A DNA stretch of 36,926 nucleotides from an uncultured Chitinophagales bacterium (GTDB lineage Bacteria > Bacteroidota > Ignavibacteria > UBA10030 > UBA6906), in NCBI GenBank assembly GCA_964633855.1, contig CAZWIN010000002.1, forward strand, positions 1-36,926, in the 5' to 3' direction. A program made the position numbers and the translations under genes. Shown in pieces: positions 34,892 through 36,926 of the stretch; the stretch's first letter is position 1; the number at the start of each line of letters is the position of its first letter. The notes beneath the pieces are model-generated. The model did not search any database. It saw only the letters and a list, made by a program, of their open reading frames with translations, and was not told where the DNA came from.

Positions 34892-34919
34892 CAAAAGCTC
34901 CGGTTGCACACCCGCCGCA

Positions 34920-35564
34920 TTATAGCTTCAGCTTCTTCGTAATCAGCCCGACAACCATTTCCGTATCTTCTTTCTTGTTGACAAAGTCCAGCTTGTCTGA
35001 TTCGACGATCAGCAAGGGGCCGCGTTTGTAGCGTTTGATCCATGATTCATAATGTCCGTTGAGTTGCTCGAGATACTCACGTTTGATGGATTGCTCAAAA
35101 TCCCTTCCGCGGAGAGAGATCTGGCGGACGAGTGTATCTGTATTCGCACGCAGGTAAATGAGAAGGTCCGGCGGATGAAGATATTCGGTCATGACGTTGT
35201 AGAGAGCAACATAATTTTCGTAGTCACGCAGCTCCATATTTCCGATCAGGTGAAGGTTGCGTGCAAAAATTTCGGCATCCTCGTAAATCACCCGGTCAAG
35301 AATAACAGAGCCGCGCCCCTCGGTAATAGCTTTATGGCTTCTAAAACGATTGGAAAGAAAATAGACCTGAAGATTGAATGACCACCGCCTCATATCGGCG
35401 TAAAAATCCGTCAGGTAGGGATTGTCCGCAACGGATTCAAAATACGGTCTCCAACCGAACCGTTTGCTGAGAATTCTGGTCAGTGAAGACTTGCCCGCCC
35501 CAATGTTGCCGGCAACGGCAATGAAAACCTTTCGCCGTGGTTTACGTTTTGCTGTTCGTTTCAT
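34920..35564 (-). CDS. deoxynucleoside kinase (dAK/dGK/dCK family)
   Basis: P-loop IAVAGNIGAGKSSL, plus YFESVADNPYLTDFY, FNLQVYFLSNR and DRVIYEDA motifs. Confidence 0.9.
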   Translation of the reverse strand: MKRTAKRKPRRKVFIAVAGNIGAGKSSLTRILSKRFGWRPYFESVADNPYLTDFYADMRRWSFNLQVYFLSNRFRSHKAITEGRGSVILDRVIYEDAEIFARNLHLIGNMELRDYENYVALYNVMTEYLHPPDLLIYLRANTDTLVRQISLRGRDFEQSIKREYLEQLNGHYESWIKRYKRGPLLIVESDKLDFVNKKEDTEMVVGLITKKLKL

Positions 35565-35565
35565 G

Positions 35566-36456
35566 TTACTTGCCTTTGTTGAATGAAATCATGGAATGCA
35601 GCGCCTCGAGCCCCTCAAGTGCACGGGGGCCGGGACGAGAGATAATGTCAGAGTCTATACGGAACACCTTTTGATTCTTGACGGCGGAAAGCTGGGCCCA
35701 TTCCGGATATGCTTCCAAAAGTTCGGCAGTGCTTTTTACCGCGTCAGACATCGCGATAATAACGTCGGGGTTTTCCGCCACCACAGATTCGCGGCTGTAT
35801 GTCGGGTATGTTCCCGGTGATGTGCGGGCAATATTGAGCCCGCCGGCAAGCTCCATCAATTCTGCAATAAAGGTCCGGCTTCCTGCAACAATCAATGGCT
35901 GGAGCGAAACAATCAGCATGACTTTCTGTTCAACACGCAGATGCATTGGAGCGGCTATTGTTCTCTCTCTCGCCTTCAGTGCAGTCACAAGCGTTTCCGC
36001 CCTGGCGGAATGCCCGGTGAGCCGGCCAAGGTCCGAGATGGACTTGTAAATGCCGCTGAGATTTCTCGGGTTGGTCACAAACACCGGAATTCCCAGGCTC
36101 ACCAGTTTTGCAAAATCCTCCCGTACATTTCCTTCCATGCTGAGGATAATCAAATCCGGTGCGAGGCTGATAATGGTCTCAATGCTCGGGTTGATCACGC
36201 CGCCAACGTGTGGCTTCTGCCTTGCTTCAGCAGGGTAGTTGCAGTAGTCTGTAACACCGGCAACCTGCTTTCCTGCGCCAACGGAAAAAAGAGTTTCGGT
36301 TATACTCGGGGCCAGTGAGATGATACGTGTCGGAGTGGAAGTAAGAGAGATGACTCGGGCGAGGTCATCATTGAGCGATATCTGTGCAACGGTTGAGGGT
36401 TGGGAAAGAAAAAATGTGCATACCAGGAGCAAGTGTACAACTGTTCGAAGATGCAT
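35566..36456 (-). CDS. ABC transporter periplasmic binding protein, BtuF / Fe-siderophore (cluster A, helical-backbone) type
   Basis: Signal peptide (LLLVCTFFLSQPSTVAQ), then RIISLAPSITETLFSVGAGKQVAGVTDYCNYP and PDLIILS motifs. No permease or ATPase gene is present in the window. Confidence 0.85.
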   Translation of the reverse strand: MHLRTVVHLLLVCTFFLSQPSTVAQISLNDDLARVISLTSTPTRIISLAPSITETLFSVGAGKQVAGVTDYCNYPAEARQKPHVGGVINPSIETIISLAPDLIILSMEGNVREDFAKLVSLGIPVFVTNPRNLSGIYKSISDLGRLTGHSARAETLVTALKARERTIAAPMHLRVEQKVMLIVSLQPLIVAGSRTFIAELMELAGGLNIARTSPGTYPTYSRESVVAENPDVIIAMSDAVKSTAELLEAYPEWAQLSAVKNQKVFRIDSDIISRPGPRALEGLEALHSMISFNKGK

Positions 36457-36714
36457 GTGCCGGAAGATATGAAGAGGATTGAACGTTAAGGAATGCCGCA
36501 GGAAATATACCTGATGGTACTGCGAGAAGCAACAGCTAAAATCTTCATGTAGAAAAGAAACAGCTCACGTGGGAAGCGCATCACCGCGCCACAGCCCGAA
36601 CATTTTGATATGGCCATAGTAATCTTGAGCCGACACATTGATGTATGTCGAGGCATGTTTTTTCCCTGCCATTTTGCTACATTGCTTCGTCACTTCATCA
36701 AAGCAGGAGTGTGA

Positions 36715-36926
36715 TTGGACAAGTTCATCATTCGCGGTGGAAAGAAACTGGGCGGTACTGTCGTCATTGGAGGCGCAAAGAATGCGTCGCTCGCCCTTAT
36801 GCCGGCGGCGTTGCTGGCAAGCGGTACATTTCGCCTGGGCAACACGCCCAATCTTCGCGATATTGCCACAATGTCGAGCCTTCTCAAGTCAATGGGGGTG
36901 AAGTCCACGCTCAGGGATGATACCCT
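36715..36926 (+). CDS. murA: UDP-N-acetylglucosamine 1-carboxyvinyltransferase, 5' part (continues beyond the window)
   Basis: My own translation from TTG 36715, with AGGAG 5 nt upstream, gives MDKFIIRGGKKLGGTVVIGGAKNASLALMPAALLASGTFRLGNTPNLRDIATMSSLLKSMGVKSTLRDDT. This matches the canonical MurA N-terminus. It is missing from the ORF track because no stop codon falls inside the window. Confidence 0.85.
   Translation, partial: MDKFIIRGGKKLGGTVVIGGAKNASLALMPAALLASGTFRLGNTPNLRDIATMSSLLKSMGVKSTLRDDT

Noticed and set aside
36457-36714. Possible cobalamin riboswitch upstream of the BtuF-like gene (plus-strand GGGAAGCGCATCACCGCGCCACAGCC at ~36571-36596 vaguely recalls the GGGAAGC...GCCACUG core)
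   Set aside because: The resemblance is on the wrong strand for the BtuF-like gene. It lacks the GGUG/AAUCC pairing elements and an exact B12 box, and the minus strand shows no B12 box either. An Infernal scan is still needed for certainty.
36638-36920. ORF-track ORFs 36638-36901 (+), 36645-36920 (+) and 36690-36908 (-)
   Set aside because: They are superseded by the murA reading frame starting at 36715, which gives an unmistakable MurA N-terminus.
1-36926. Search for mobile elements, CRISPR repeats, tRNA/rRNA genes, toxin-antitoxin pairs or classical defence genes
   Set aside because: No transposase, integrase or recombinase-like ORF was seen. There is no regularly spaced repeat array, no tRNA-like cloverleaf candidates in the intergenic regions, and no restriction-modification, Cas or abortive-infection signatures. 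This was a by-eye search only, so tRNAscan, Infernal and DefenseFinder should confirm it.

Overview
This 36.9 kb window looks like a chromosomal, mostly housekeeping region of a Gram-negative bacterium. Gene content and the intergenic repeat suggest the FCB group (Ignavibacteriota, Bacteroidota or Chlorobiota-like), but taxonomy cannot be settled from the sequence alone. I found no rRNA, tRNA, CRISPR array, transposase, integrase or phage gene.

Gene layout:
- 44-11152, minus strand: one long envelope-related string. It holds an M16 peptidase pair (one with HxxEH, one without), a small membrane protein, a large vWA membrane protein, a MoxR AAA+ ATPase, and three tandem SurA/parvulin-type chaperone genes.
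- 11361-15954, plus strand: an ECF42-type sigma factor with a long C-terminal extension, three tandem YCII/DGPF paralogs, then DoxX, a small membrane protein, a PhnB-like VOC protein and an SRPBCC/AHSA1 protein.
- 15980-19788, minus strand: a PLP trans-sulfuration enzyme, panE-like ketopantoate reductase and an NFACT/RqcH-like protein.
- 19951-26994, plus strand: a core block of yicC, gmk, rpoZ, coaBC, family-4 udg and dnaB. It runs directly into a Tat-exported DUF1460 protein and a very Met-rich DUF4412 protein.
- 27159-29810, plus strand: a lipoprotein-type TPR-CHAT protein whose catalytic His/Cys appear to be substituted.
- 29851-31431, minus strand: a convergent ECF sigma plus secreted toastrack-like pair with no recognisable anti-sigma gene.
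- 31432-31763: a hairpin-dense intergenic region carrying an 'RFARND-type' repeat.
- 31764-36926: tmk, S41 C-terminal processing peptidase, TauE/SafE, deoxynucleoside kinase, an orphan BtuF-like binding protein, and the 5' end of murA. murA has a TTG start, runs off the window end and is absent from the ORF track.

The best candidates for poorly understood biology are two loci. The first is the ECF42-DGPFx3-DoxX-VOC-SRPBCC cluster, which has a candidate ECF42-type promoter. The second is the envelope locus DUF1460 / Met-rich DUF4412 / exported pseudo-CHAT / anti-sigma-less ECF sigma plus toastrack. Neither is demonstrably a novel system from sequence alone. All family assignments come from motif recognition by eye and need HMM or BLAST confirmation.
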